From Tubiluchus corallicola (Eukaryota > Animalia > Priapulida): 64,000 nt of DNA. The notes under the pieces were generated by a model that saw nothing but the letters and a program-made list of their open reading frames with translations, was not told the DNA's origin and ran no database searches. The DNA lies in the NCBI GenBank assembly GCA_030141605.1, contig JAQGDQ010000032.1:248001-312000 (forward strand), in the 5' to 3' direction. Shown here piece by piece: positions 1 through 12,900 of the stretch (the first letter of the stretch is position 1; every line of letters begins with the position of its first letter). Made by a program: the position numbers and the translations under genes.

Positions 1-27
1 TGTTTTTTTTGTTCGTACTGTTGTTAA

Positions 28-3000
28 CTAAAACTGCATATTGAAGTGCTTATAATTAGGCAGATGTAAAGGATATATTGTGTGTAAGCACACTGCTGAT
101 GCAGCTATTATTTCATTAACCTTGCTGGTGTAATTTCTTTGAGCTGATCGACTCAGTTTACCATCACCAAAACGGTCCTTAATAAACTCGTCTTGCAATA
201 ATTCAGGGGTCACATAAAGACCAACACTTTCTCCAGGCAAATTATTTGTTTGTGTATTTGCTGTTGCAGTCACCTATAAACAAATTTAATTCTTTTCAGA
301 CAAACTTTGTAAAAAAGGACAATAAAGCAACAAACAAAAACAAGCTAAATGGAAGTTACAACAAGGATTGAACAATTTAAACATCAATATTAGTGTTTAA
401 GCAGAAGAATATCACAATTAATTAAATGATAAATTTGCACTGCAGTTAAATTATAAGCAGTTTAATCAGAAGAATATCACTATTAATTAAATGATAAATT
501 TGCACTGCAGTTAAATTATATTTGCCAAAATACTCTTTGGCAAATGTTTATTATGATTTTGCTGCTGTCATTCATTTCATTGCTGAATTTAGTTCATTTG
601 AACTTTAATACACAAAACTTTATGCATCATTAGAGTAATTGTTGACAGTAAGATTTATTAAATACTCACGATTCTCTAACTGAGTTTAACTCAAATTCAA
701 AATAGTTAAACTAGAATGACCCTCACAAATAAAATACATTGCTCACTTAACGAACTACAACTGTCAATTTTGAAAAACAACACAACCTAATGACTGATGT
801 CACTTTTCACAGAAAAATTAGGTGCTAATCATTTTATAAATAATACACACAAAGCTGATTTTGCTCGTAAACAGCGCCAGCGGCTAATAGAACCTCACTC
901 ACTGAATTCGTCTTATTTCAGTAATCTGCTTAAGTTTCCACACAAAAGATGTGTGGAAAATTTGATGCTAAAAACACTATAACATACGCTATTAATATAT
1001 AAGCTACAGACATGCATTTTGAAAGTCTTAGCCAAGATAAAGATGAAAAAAACAGTGAAGTACAGTTTGATAATTCTTTTCCTTTTTATTAACCAACAGA
1101 AATCAATCTCACATATAAAAAAATTCTCAGCGAATGTTCAGCTTGTGATTTCATTAGCAAACTTGATATCGCCGCATAACGTAACATAGTCAAAGTTGTA
1201 GTCGAGTACAAGCTACGCCTTTAGAATTATTTGTATGAATTTGTCCAGTTATTAAACACTTTGGGCTAGACTAGAACATTTTTGTGTTTTGGGGTTATAA
1301 TTCCAAATGTTTATATCAAGAACGAAATAACACAAAATCAACTAAAATAAACAGATGGGCTAGAAGGATTGGAGAGATGGAGGAAAGATTGGCAGACTCC
1401 ATTTTAGTTGTTACCCCTACTGCAGGACAACAATCCTGTTGAGTTAACTTTAGAAAATTTACGTAGAACCGTGACTTTGTACTACATCTAGCATATGCTC
1501 ATCTTCAAATCATAAAACTAACAATGCATGTCAAACAAAAATAAGTTACTCGAAGCCATAATGTATTTCATTTATGCTATATTTTAATACGAGTGACAAT
1601 CATACATTCTAAAATCATTTCAATGGGCCAGCAACAAGCATTTCAATGGGCCAGCAACAAGCAAGGTAAGTTGAATCAGTTGGAGTTAGATGGCCATGCC
1701 ATAGCAGCCACATGTATGACATCAGCTGAATTAAAAAATGCAGTTAGTTGACCAGAGTTGATCATGTGTCAACAGCACTTTAGTAATACTATAGTATAAA
1801 TACAAGTAAAAATGTTCCTAAACTAAAACTAGAAATGAAATATTTATTAAGTTGCAAAAAGATACAGATCAAGAAACAAACCTGTTTTGATGCTAAAAGA
1901 CCTGAAAATGACTTCAGTAATCCATCCTGCTGCTTGACAACTTCCTTCTGGCCTTCTTCCAGCAATCTTTGACACTCCTGATATTGTTTCTGAAGACTTG
2001 TCAAATGTCAAGGAAATATACGTACTGCTAGATATTAGCTGCTGCACATTTAAACAAAACTCTATAGTATACAAACATGAACATCCACTCAACTTGAAAG
2101 TGCACAATATTTTATTTATACCTATACGCTAAAAACGACACAATGCATATTTTACAAAATTACATGTGAAAGGTTGTTAAGAAAATAATAGCATTAACAT
2201 GCAAAAGTGAAGCATTGATTTATTTATTTATCACCTACAGTCAAAATAGAATTGAATGGAGTCTAGTTCATTATTTGTTAATTGTGAATTTCTATGTGAT
2301 ATCAGAATACAAAGATGCAGAAAACTGAAAAAATGTGTGGAGTATCCCATCATTAATTTATAAACAAATGATTTTAGAACCCTGTGGGAAATGTCTACAA
2401 GTACAAAGCAACCACAACTTAATTTAACTACACCTGAATCTACAAACACTGTCATCTGAAACGAAAAAAGTATGTGCAACAGTGTAAACTTACCGTACAA
2501 CCATATAATTTTTTTGTCTCTAAACAAAGTTTTAAATTACAGGGCCCTGCAATACTGTACAGCAACGCTGATTCTTGATTTAGAAATTAATTAGCAGGAA
2601 TGACTTCCATTCCTGTCACTGCAAATCTGTGACCTTCTCCATCCTCTTTCACTTCTGACCTTACACAATAGGTATTAGCAACTTAAGTAAATGCTGTAAT
2701 ATAGACAGCAAACTATCATAAACAAACAAATAATAATTGTCAAACCATAACAGATAACCAAAGCAATCAGTTACCATATTGGTGATTTTTAGTTTGCTTG
2801 CTTAACAACTACTAATTAAATCTAGTAATACTTTTAAGAAACAAATAGTCGACAAAGTTTTATTTCCTCAAGATAAAAGCTCTTAAAAAGCTAAATTAAA
2901 AATGACAAATTTAACGGTAAGGATATTGGCTCGCTCAGTTTTCATCTGCTCTTGTTGTTTTTCCAGTTCGGCAAAACTTTCTCGAAGTTTCTCCTTTTCC

Positions 3001-5202
3001 TGTTGGATGAGCAAGAAATCATCATGCTGTCTCGTATTTGCAGCTTTAAGTTTTTGTGTGAGAACATCATTGGTTTCACTTAACCTGCACATGTTCAGTA
3101 GAAAAATATCTGGTTATAGTCAAATAAACACCTTTCTGCAAAATCTACTCACAAAAACAAAAACTACCAACTTACATGTATAATTAAGCCCTTGAATATG
3201 TTTATGTCGAGTGACGGGGTAGACAATCAAACATATCATAAACTATATATGTACAGTAGTTTAGGTACAGAGGTACAACATAGAATGTATGCAATAAATG
3301 GCAGCTGGTCTATTGATTTTTATTTTGCTTAATACAATACACGTAAAAATTTCAGTACAACATTGCAGTGCAATATTAGATAATCCAGGCATTGCCATAA
3401 TCAGACTCCGAAGTGCAGCAGAAGGGTGTCATCTTTTAAACAGATTTGTAGATGCATTAGGCTACGCAGGCGATATAAGTTTGAAAAAGGCGTTAAATCT
3501 TTGTGTTGAATTTGCGAATAAGAACGACATGTTGTTTAACATATCAAAATCCAAATGTATCATGTTTAGACATTTCACTGAATGTAGATTACCTCGGATA
3601 TCAATTAACGGTGTAATTTTAAACTGGCTTAACAAAGTATCTCATTTAGGTCACCGACTTACATACAATCTGTCTCAGTCTCATGAAGTAGTAAGGTGCA
3701 TGCACGATTTCATTAAAGCTTTGAATTCATTACTGTGTTTTTTCAAATCTGTGAGTAACAAACGTGTATTGCTTGTATTGTTCAATGCTTATTGCTGTGC
3801 ATTCTATGGCAGTTCAATATTTATCTTAATTGACAGAAGTGTAAAATTGATGATTGTTGAATATCGAAGAGCACTGTGTCGTATATGCAGCATACCATAT
3901 AACTCGCATTCTACAATGACGATAAAGATTGCTGAAACTTCCTCCTTGAATGTTTAATAGCTAAGAGAACGCTTAAACTGTTGTCACGTGTAAATCGGCC
4001 AAGAAGTACTGTCTTAAAAACACTGTCACTTTTAAACATGAATTCTACTTGTACAACCCTAGGAGTGAATAGGATATTTATCGCACCAAACATTTCCAGT
4101 TTTAATAACACTGTTTCTAATAATCGTGATGTATTTGCTTATGAGCTGTACTGGCTTACTGAAGGCGAAAACCACCTACCTGAATTTTCGTATGAAGAAA
4201 TTCATCAGATTCTGTTTTATATTATAACTAACTAATGTAAATATTCTTGTAAATTATTACTAACAAATATTGATGAATTGCACTGTTATAATATGTAATA
4301 TGTGAGATTAAATCTTATCTATATAACTGAACTCAGACATGTGAATGCAGCCTAAGCATTTGTACAACAGATAAAATTCTTACGGTAACAAATAAGTTAC
4401 CAATATTTGGTAGTTAGTTTATCAGCTTAGGTAGCGGCTGTTTTATAAGTATGAATAAAGTAATTAAAAGATCTAAGTTTTTATTGAAAAATCCGAATAT
4501 CGAATTTGGGCATTTGGTAACTTGCATGATTATTCTAAAATCTAGGTAACTTTCTGTAAATCTACAATACTATATGTTGTAATCTCAAATGTATAAATTA
4601 ATCTTGAATCAAAACTCCATCAAATGTTATGAATTTTATTAAAATATGTGAAGCCATGTATACTTATATTATGACGGCAGTATAATTCCTTAACAAGTTT
4701 CATTTTTGTTGGAAGAAACATGAGAAATTTTAATGGTTCAGCCAAGAAACATTTTCTAGTGAAGCCTGTACATCCTAAAGAAATGTTAACCATTTGAAAA
4801 AAATCACAGGCAGTAACTAGATACATGAGATTTGGTAAATACAGTACCACTACCACCGTTAGTAATTTTAAAGTTAATAATACTGTTAATAATTACAAAG
4901 ACAGAATTTTAAAATCAACAAACCTGTATAAGCTTATGCATAAACTCTAAAGTGCGAACTTGGGTAGATGTTAAATACCTTGCAATTTCTTGTATTAATT
5001 CCGCAACTTTCTTTTTATCATCTCCACTCAGATCTTTCAAAGTAGGCTTTGATTCAGATCGGTTCTTTCGATTTGGTTTAGATCGCTGACAATTTTGAAC
5101 AGAGCCAGAAGCAGAAAAATTCTTTGGTGTGCTTGCCTTCACCTCTGAGTTGAAAGCAATTAAGTTCTCTTCAGAACCTGGAGAGTGAGACACTGATGCC
5201 AT
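28..5202 (-). CDS. KIAA1328: Hinderin / KIAA1328-like coiled-coil protein (spliced; 3' end uncertain)
   Basis: Exons 5202-4979, 3084-2927, 1997-1882 and 273-(121 or stop at 28) join in frame: ...PTLKDLSGDDKKKVAELIQEIAR|LSETNDVLTQKLK...EKLRESFAELEKQQEQMKTERA|SLQKQYQECQRLLEEGQKEVVKQQDGLLKSF. This matches the KIAA1328 core as I recall it (LKDL..EDK..IA.LI.ELAR ... LQ.QY.ECQ.LL). Introns 1 and 3 are GT-AG; intron 2 is U12-type. Exon 4 either splices at AAG|GTTAAT (121/120) and continues beyond the window, or ends at the stop at 28. Confidence 0.8.
395..520. repeat. Tandem duplication, ~65-bp unit x2
   Basis: gtttaa(g/t)cagaagaatatcac...gcactgcagttaaattata starts at 395 and again at 460. Confidence 0.9.
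1998..2926 (-). other. U12-type (minor spliceosome) intron, probably AT-AA
   Basis: On the minus strand the 5' splice site is ATATCCTT (2926-2919) and the branch site is TTCCTTGAC (2015-2007). No good GT donor follows exon 2. The frame is restored by an acceptor ...GACAA| at 1998. Confidence 0.8.
3390..4325 (+). mobile_element. 5'-truncated, degenerate non-LTR retrotransposon (RT C-terminal part), antisense in KIAA1328 intron 1
   Basis: ORF 3298-3957 contains GCHLLNRFVDALGYAGDISL (decayed YADD), LNLCVEFANKNDMLFNISKSKCIMF, VSHLGH and LFNAYCCAFYGS, all typical of LINE ORF2 RT/thumb regions. It continues after a stop into 3981-4235. Confidence 0.85.
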
Positions 5203-5869
5203 GTAAGGTTCCTCTATAGTTTTCCTGGTACATTGAAACTAGTGTAGTCCTCCTTGAAAGTTAAGGTAAACATCGATTTTATTTTCAGACTTCAAAGCAA
5301 AGAGTATTCATCCTACTGTCTCTGTAAAAGCCGGACTCCGAAAAAAATTAGAAAATTGCTAATTATACTCTATAATTTTGGAATTTGGGGATTTTTTTTA
5401 ATTATTTATGAAATGTTTATTAAGGCGCAATACATTTTTACTTCATGTATGTTTTTTTTTATATTTAACTCTTTTATAATGTAAACTGACTAGTCTATGG
5501 CCCTTAATGTTTACTGGCGTACAATACTAATTAGTAAATAAATCACTCTGCCTGTGATGGACTTTCGTCTCATTAGTTGCTTTGCAGAATTTGCTTAACT
5601 ATAGTTTGCTTTTTTTTATTTACTGTCACGTTTTACATAAACATAAGAAACACTAGCTCCTAAGAGCTATTAAGCCAACTCATATTACAAAACTAATCGA
5701 CTGAAATAAAATAGTGCTTAAGTGGTAAAAAGACTTTACAATTATAAATCTAAAACAAAATACTTTGGACATTAGTAAATATTAAACTAATAATTATATA
5801 AAATGCTAACTTAAACGCTAAAATTAACTGCATTTGTTTTTTTTAATCGAGTATAATTAATTGAGGTGA

Positions 5870-6130
5870 AATCACATTTCAAAACAGCTCATAGTTTAAA
5901 AGTACAGTGTAATAAGCATAAAACGTCAATTCGCGCGGCAAAAAGCGGCAGTACATTTACATTCTTCATATTTCCACAAGTTTATCATCTTTTCAAACAT
6001 ACTATAGCTAGATGCATTTCGTATATAATTTTGCAAATTGATTCCACAAAATTGCAGCAGAATATCGGAAAGAGTTTAAACCATTTAAATAGTAGATGTG
6101 ACTCGTGGTACATTTGCAATTTAATCGTAA
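5870..6130 (-). mobile_element. CR1/L2-like LINE 3' fragment
   Basis: The translation GLNSFRYSAAILWNQF resembles the C-terminal G..SF.Y.A..LWN.LP motif of CR1/L2-group ORF2. Confidence 0.55.
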
Positions 6131-6999
6131 GCCAAAGCAATGTAAAAAAATTAACTCTTTTGATTCAGGAAATATATAAGAATTCCACGGTAAGAGCGAT
6201 AGCGAAACAGTAACAAATTCCCTGTACACTGATTAAATACCTAAAAGTATTTACTAACTTTATTATATACTTACAAAAAAGAAGTTTGTAGGTTACTGAG
6301 GCAAAAATTACTAGTTAGTGCCTTACACACTGTGCTAGCTAAATGACTTGGTATTCAACTTGCATGTGCAAAGGAAGCAAATTTAAAACTAGCTAGTACA
6401 CCTTTTAAATGAGCATTAAGCAAAATGCTAAGTTTATGACTGTAAAATAAAGAATAATAAATAAAGAAATAAATGGATGAATTTCAGGAAGATTTTGCAA
6501 AATCTTAAGTATGGTGATGAGCAACTTACACAATTTTACCACTTGTTTCCTTTTGGTCTATTGTAATAACTTCTGTTTTTTATTTTAGCAATTAGCCAGT
6601 ATTTCATTTTGCTGTCTATATTTTGTTTAGTTTAATTTAGATTTAGATAAATTTATAAATGTTATCCTGAGGTAACATAATAAATGAATACATTATTTAT
6701 TATACCGTTATACGTTCTTTACACCATCACGTTTCGGAATTTTTAAGGTGTATTTACAACTCGAAGCTTTTGATCCCCCCTCCAGCGTCTTCTGTTCCCT
6801 CAGGTGCAAGGACAATTTAAACCCAGTTCGCCTTTGACTGTAATGGGTCTTTTACTTCAAATTTATATTATGACGTCCACAATACGTGTCAGGCTTGCTT
6901 TTCACTAAGCCAACTTAGAAAAAGTAGGTCCATTCGGTAGCCAAAACTTTTAACAACTCTCTTTACTTTATGAATCGATTTAAGCCACCATTATAGCAA

Positions 7000-9900
7000 A
7001 TGGTAAGTTAATCATTGTTGCTGTAATTTATAAATAGCAATGATAAACAGTAACTTCTAAAAAACATAATCAAAGTGCTCATCGAAAAACAGCGGCCATT
7101 AATGTGGTGCCACCTGTTAATAAGCATGTGAAACGAAATGAGTTCTATTTTGTCATTTGCCACGCCAAATTTTTTATTTTTTGCAGTAGAGAGTAGAGAC
7201 CTTGGTGATGGTTTCCAATATTGTTAGTAGGGGTGAGCATCGAACGTTCGAGTTCGAACATTCGAATCAAATTCGAACGCTCGAATTCGATTTGAACAAG
7301 TTTTTTTAGTTCGAACTCGATTCGAATTCCAAAACTATAGATTCGAATAATTCAGCACTTCAATCACACATGTTCCTGATCATTAAAACGATTGAAACAT
7401 CATGCAATTAGCATAATTTAGCTGTGATTTCTGTGCAAAACTTTAAACAAATTACTAGTCGTTTTATTGCAGAACAAAATCAAGTAATATGCATGATCTT
7501 TGTAAGACTAATTTTTACTGGCGGTTCGAAAACTTGTTCGGAAATCGTTCAATCTCAATTCGAATTCGGTTCGAATTCGAAACACTGAAGTTCGGTTCGA
7601 TTCGAATTCGAAAGTCACAAATTCGGTTCGATTCGAATTCGCTTTCTGGTAGAGAATGCTCGCCCCTAATTGTTAGTACAAAAACAAAAAAGTAAAACTG
7701 TTTTGTAGTTACGATTAGACGTAATGTTATTGTTATAATTATAATTACATATCATCTACTTTAGACTTACTGGTAAACCCACATCATCACTGGTGTTTCA
7801 TATCAGTGAAAGTGATCAGACTTAAATAGTATCAAATGTGAAGCTAATCAGGCCTGATTCCTTGTCATTGCAACTTGTTTGGTTTTTAATACCCGTGTTA
7901 TCCATATTCGGCAATTTTAGCGTTTCTGAATTTCACCATGGAAAGACATACTTAGCAGATGCTACAACAGATCTTAGATAATTACTGACCGTCATGTTTT
8001 CCAACACAACAAACTATTATTTGGTGTAAATTAAAATGTAATTCATTTGCGCAGAATTGTGCCAGAAAAATTTCACTGACAGTGGAAAAGGCAGATGAGT
8101 ATAGATTACTTGTTGCGGCTAATTGCCATCACGATCTTCCAGAGGATTGGATTTCTGCATGGTGGAAATTATGTATATTTGCTATGCCATCTATCTGGAT
8201 ATGTAAGCCTACGCCATAGTAAAGATTAGTGATAAACTGATTACATCCTATGTGGGAATGACAAATGTAGACATATAATGTAAATAAAATCCATGATGGA
8301 ATATGGATTTCTCCACAGGAGGTGTAGTGTAAGACTAGCTAAAATTGTGTAATCAACAACGCATTTGCTTTCCGTCCGGGAGGTCGTAAGTTCGCGCCTG
8401 AGTCATACAAAAGACTTTAAAATGGTACCTGCTGTTGATCTGTCTGACGCTGGGATAAAAACTGTGACTTTTAATAAAAATTATTGTTATCTTATTACAA
8501 TTTATTTCCCGACAGAGTAAGATAAAATGTATCCGTTTCCTACTATGAATTATTTTATTTCACGACAGAGTAAGGTTAAATGTACCTGTCTCAAGAACGA
8601 TTTTTTTCCTGATTCATTCAAAATATTCAAATAATTGCATTTTGGTCTTTAGTTTAATTATAACAACTAGAATTATGAATCGTTGAATTTAATTATAGTT
8701 TTGGACTTGTTGTAGTAATTGTTCAATTAGTTAACGGTGTGCAACAAAAAATTTCATATGTGGCTTTCCTATAAAGATGTCAGTAGGCTTACGTCTGTGC
8801 CACACTATATTATCCATTTTCTGTGGAAATGACCATATTTTCTCACATTGTACATTAATAATTAACATTTAAGACCAATCCGGTGATCCGGCATTTTCCA
8901 TAAATTTATTTGGATGGTATATTGGCGAATTCTTCATAGCCAAATATGACTCGTTGTTTTCACACCTTCACTTGCAGTTTATGGCGACTCTAGGACCTTC
9001 CTGTACTAACTTCTAATGGCCTATAAAACAGTAGACAGCCTGGTTGGTCCCAGCATAAGAGATTATTACATAATTGAGCACGTACTTTGTGTAATTTCCA
9101 CATCAACAATTATTATTTAGTACACATTTTTCTTTTATTCAGTTTATCGTAATTTTCTTTCGTACTATTTACCTTGATAATAGAGGAAGTCCATTGTACG
9201 CTACTATAATAAGTATAATAATAATAATAATAAGGCGCACTTATTTAGAATTATATTCTCCCCAGCGAAATTAGGTCAATCCGAAGTTTTGCCACCACTG
9301 GCGGTTATTTTTTGATCACAACGAAAAAATGTTAGAAAACAGGGCGAAGTTTTCGCTAGAATGGCCACGTTTGCATTATCACTTTCAGTTTCGGCTGTGC
9401 AAATAAAGAAATGAATGATGTTCGTTAAGTATGTATTGTAGAAGATACTGGGAATATTATGTCACGACTTGGCTGCTCCTAATTATTACGTTGTGCAAAA
9501 ATTACCAAGAGGGCCAGATTTGTGTTTAGTGCACGCGCCTATGTTTTTGGCCCACCGCTGAAGAAAATGATGAGTAATGTCTGTTTTTAGCCTTGAAATT
9601 TGAATGATCCCTATTTCAACACGGGCACCACAAATTCCGGAAACCATGCAATTTGAGAGAAAGTCATTTTTTACTACGCAGCTATGCTGGAATATTTTTA
9701 ATTTCAATCATGTAGAATCAAGTTTAAAAGTACATATATATATATATAAACATATATTATTATAATTATCTTATTAATTCCGGGATCTCACCCAGTTTTG
9801 ATAATTTCTGAGGTCTCGCTTAATTGTAATTTCTCTTATTCTGACCTACACAAATTACTTTATAAAGAGTTTTAATAGTAAGGTATGTTATTACTTGATG

Positions 9901-12900
9901 AATTTTTATGTACACATAACGTTATGTTAAGCGTAATTATAAGTAGCTTTGTGGGAAGAAACGTCACAGCACCATAGAAGCGTTATCACTGAACAAGAAC
10001 TCAGTACTGCCCGAGGCTTTCAGGCATGCACTGTAATAATACGTCTATAACGTGTAACTAGCAAACCAGTCCTGTGTTTTGTGCTTTACTTCCTGTAGTG
10101 GCTGTGACACTGTACAAGTTATTGAAGTTAATGCCTTGGTGACAGAAACGACAAATCGTTATATCTTTCAATGTACCATTTATACCGAGTAATTGTCGTC
10201 AAGACGTGACTAAGCCGTGACATGTTATGAAGATAAGCAGTTGCAAAACACCTTTTTAAATTTACCTTCGAAGATCATGGGTTGAAACTTTTTTAGCCTG
10301 CCGTGCTTAATTTTATGCAATGGATAGAAGCAAAAACACAGTAGAGGTATGAGTAATATATGTGTGTAATAATAACTGCATCCAATTATGTCTTGTATAT
10401 TTAATTCTGTATTGCAGCTTCTGCGCACTTTTTTGTAATAAAATGAAAACAGGTAATTAAGCGGTACCAGAGATTATAGTAACTTTTAACTACTATTATT
10501 ATTATTATTACTGCTGTTGTTGTTGTTATTGCCGTCGTGGTCACTGTCTTTGCTGTGTATGTTAAATGAGCATCGTATAGATTTATAAAATAGCTCCCTG
10601 TAATAGTCAGACAAAAATACTTTTTATATATAAATTAATATGGTTTGTGTAATTAAAACGTAAACGTTTAAAAGAAGTTTTGGCGTTCCCAGTTTTGTAC
10701 TGCATGATATGTACGATATATATATATATATTTATTTATTTTAAATTATGATAACTTCTCGTAATTATTTACGCAATTATATGGTATGCTGTGTTATAGT
10801 TTTTGCCAAGCATGTAAATAAGCCACCATAGGCTTGTATAATGTACGGTAAAACGGCACATTTACAAATGGTACAGACGGAAAAACAGGAAAAAACGGCA
10901 CACTTAAGAAAATGTAAGGTAGGGCTAGGGTTGCTGTTATTGGTTTGTTTATTTATTAGTTTGTTTGCCTGTAAGTTATCAGTATTAGTGTTCAATGGTT
11001 CGCACGCAAAAACTACGGAAGATATTCGTGCACATGTTGATTATAATTTAAATCCTATTTGTGTGAACAAAATATTTTGTGTTTTTCCAAGTCTATATAC
11101 ACATAATAATTAACTATAGATTTTGCTTTGTATGTTCATCTGTTCATCTTTCCTATCAAAAAGATCAGATAAACTTGTCAGGGATTGTTCAGCTTTGACG
11201 GTGGACTGAGTAAATATTAGTTTCTTATACGTGCCATTTTTACTACTTTCTATTTTGCACTTTTTTCCTGTCCAAGTTTTACCTACATTCATGATAAAAC
11301 GCAGTTTGTGCATTCAACACCAGAGCAAGCTTATCTCCAGTACAACTGTTACCATATATACCAGATACTGTTATCTTCATCAATATTGTGTTCAGTCAGT
11401 ATATCATCTTACCGTTGGATGCATCTGTATGTCATAAATCAAGCTTAATATTCAACATTCATTGGATAATCCAAAGATGTTTTGTTTACTTGAAATGACA
11501 ACTAGAATTTCTTGAAATTCATTCACAATTCAGTAAGCATAGGCATCACATGCTGCTTCCCACATGATACTGATGATAGTAACTAGTTGCAAAAGAAAAA
11601 AATGTTTGAAAAGATTACCACCTTTTTATAGTTTTAAATAATTAGTCACGTGCATTTTGTAATTGTGCACATTGTAAATCGAAAATTTTATTGTCGCAAA
11701 ATTTATGTTTTAGGCCATAAAATTATAAGCCACGGTTTGCTTATTCCCCGGGGTATTATTGTTTATTTGTTGGAAAAAACCTGCATTTAAAACCCTTATT
11801 TAAATTCTTATTGCATACACTGCTACGGATAAAAAGTGAAATAACCACCCTATACTTAAGTAACATTATAATAGTTAAACTTGCAATTCCATGAATAGCT
11901 GTACAACTCGTGGCAAAAATGGTTGTCCATATAGGAAGTCGTCAATGGCCTAGTAAGTGTCATTGTCACACTTACATGTTCAAAGAACCGAAAGCTGTCA
12001 AAGCCTGCTATTGGCACACCTAGTGTAGATTACCCCATCACTTCACGTCTTAATTTATGCCCTTAATTATGATATCAAGATCTTGGTCATTCATTTTCAC
12101 TTCCGTGTGTAGTATGTACGCCAATATACATTATTTTTCTCAACGAATCAGGTTTTAAGTTTTAGTGTGACAAATATGAAGATTTTATATTGACGCCAAA
12201 TTCAATACCATTAGATTTAATGTGTAAAACTATATTCAGCGAGTCGGAGAAATGTACACCTTTTCAATGGCGGTTTGTCAATATTTAAGCAGCAGTAGCT
12301 TGGAAGCGATACTTTATATACAAAATTATGAAATATCTCTCAAACTGCACCCAACAACTGAAAATAAATGAGATGGGGACCTCTCTACCCATGCTACTGT
12401 TTTTAACTGTACAAGGATTCCGAACTCTTGAATGGAAACTTATAGCTTAAAATACCTACAAAATGACTGACATAGTTCCGTTTCTATTTTTATTAATTCG
12501 CTATTCTCTGTTATTTCTGACTTTATAACTTTATCAATATAAATTTCCATATAAAATCGGATGAATCGTATGGTGCCTCACATGTCCAAAATGGTGGCCT
12601 AATGGCGGGGAAAATATGGAAAAATATACAGCCAATACAATCACCCACCCACCCTCTCTGTCACACACACACACACACATACTTCATACAAGTTCATACT
12701 TTATATATTAATGTATAAGCCACGCGGCGTATTATAATAGGATTGCACAGGCGTATAATGCCACATATTAGAAAAGTCAAGTCGATAATAAATCATGAAT
12801 GTTTTAATGGGTGTAAGTGGAATTCATCGCTGTACCAGAACTGGAAATTTATTCGACTGTCCTTCACTTTCTACAGTTTCTCTTTTTAGGTTAGCAAATT

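Noticed and set aside
2231-2527. 98-aa ORF with an internal TTTCAG acceptor as an extra KIAA1328 exon
   Set aside because: It lies inside the U12 intron, lacks a U12 branch site, and the flanking exons already join with homolog-like spacing.
8054-8220. Exon-like open stretch (NCARKISLTVEKADEYRLLVAANCHHDLPEDWISAWWKL)
   Set aside because: No recognisable homology, weak donor, and not needed for the sulfotransferase model.
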